DNA from: Podarcis melisellensis
Taxonomy: Eukaryota
Direction: 5' to 3' (one strand)
Assembly (NCBI GenBank): GCA_964234715.1
Contig: OZ174280.1
Length of the DNA: 64,000 nucleotides
Shown here one piece after another: positions 63,688 through 64,000 of this stretch; position 1 is the first letter of the stretch, and each line of letters opens with the position of its first letter. A program made the position numbers and the translations under genes. The notes below the pieces were generated by a model. That model did not search any database, was not told where the DNA came from, and saw nothing but the letters and a program-made list of their open reading frames with translations.

Positions 63688-64000
63688 AATAGACAATTAT
63701 GAGTTATCACATATGTTGTTAGTTGCTCAAGAAAAGAATTCATGCAGTGAGTAGAATTAAGTTTGGATGGTCAACCATTAAGCTCACTGGGTGACCTTTC
63801 ACAAGTCACTATATTATCAGCCCAGTCACTATACACTGCAGTTGTGCCCCTAGGAACAATGAGGCTGCTAGCAATAAAATTGAGGACACTATGGCCACAT
63901 TCAGGTGCAACACGGAGCCATAGGCTATAGCTAAGCAAATTATGCTGTGTACAAGCTATGTGCTGGTGCTTGCAGCTCAAAGTCTCCCGCATTGCACTTC

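Overview
Vertebrate genomic DNA: AT-rich, CpG-depleted, with a 140-N assembly gap. The repeat content (Sauria SINE, Squam3-like SINE, BovB, CR1 and L2 tails, lizard-type L1 and MITEs) points to a squamate, probably a lacertid lizard (inference). The window holds eight coding exons (2-9) of ROR1, the Wnt5a-receptor tyrosine pseudokinase, on the + strand from 15889 to 60661. All have GT-AG boundaries and compatible phases. Exon sizes (72/288/31/128/318/246/212/1425 nt) match human ROR1 as I recall it, except that exon 9 is one codon shorter. Exon 1 (signal peptide) is not in the window, and exons 2 and 4 are missing from the ORF track in their true frame. The rest is intron or 3' UTR with transposon relics and microsatellites. 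I found no convincing novel multi-gene system. The best leads are: a YxxxYY to YxxxYF change in the activation loop; a near-perfect 34-bp intronic hairpin inside a decayed MITE; an IR/DR-type Tc1 relic (horizontal-transfer candidate); a young L1 with an intact ORF end and TSD; a triple-nested TE beside exon 2; inverted MITE copies bracketing exons; and a CTCF-like site. All comparisons with human or repeat consensus sequences are from memory, not from searches.
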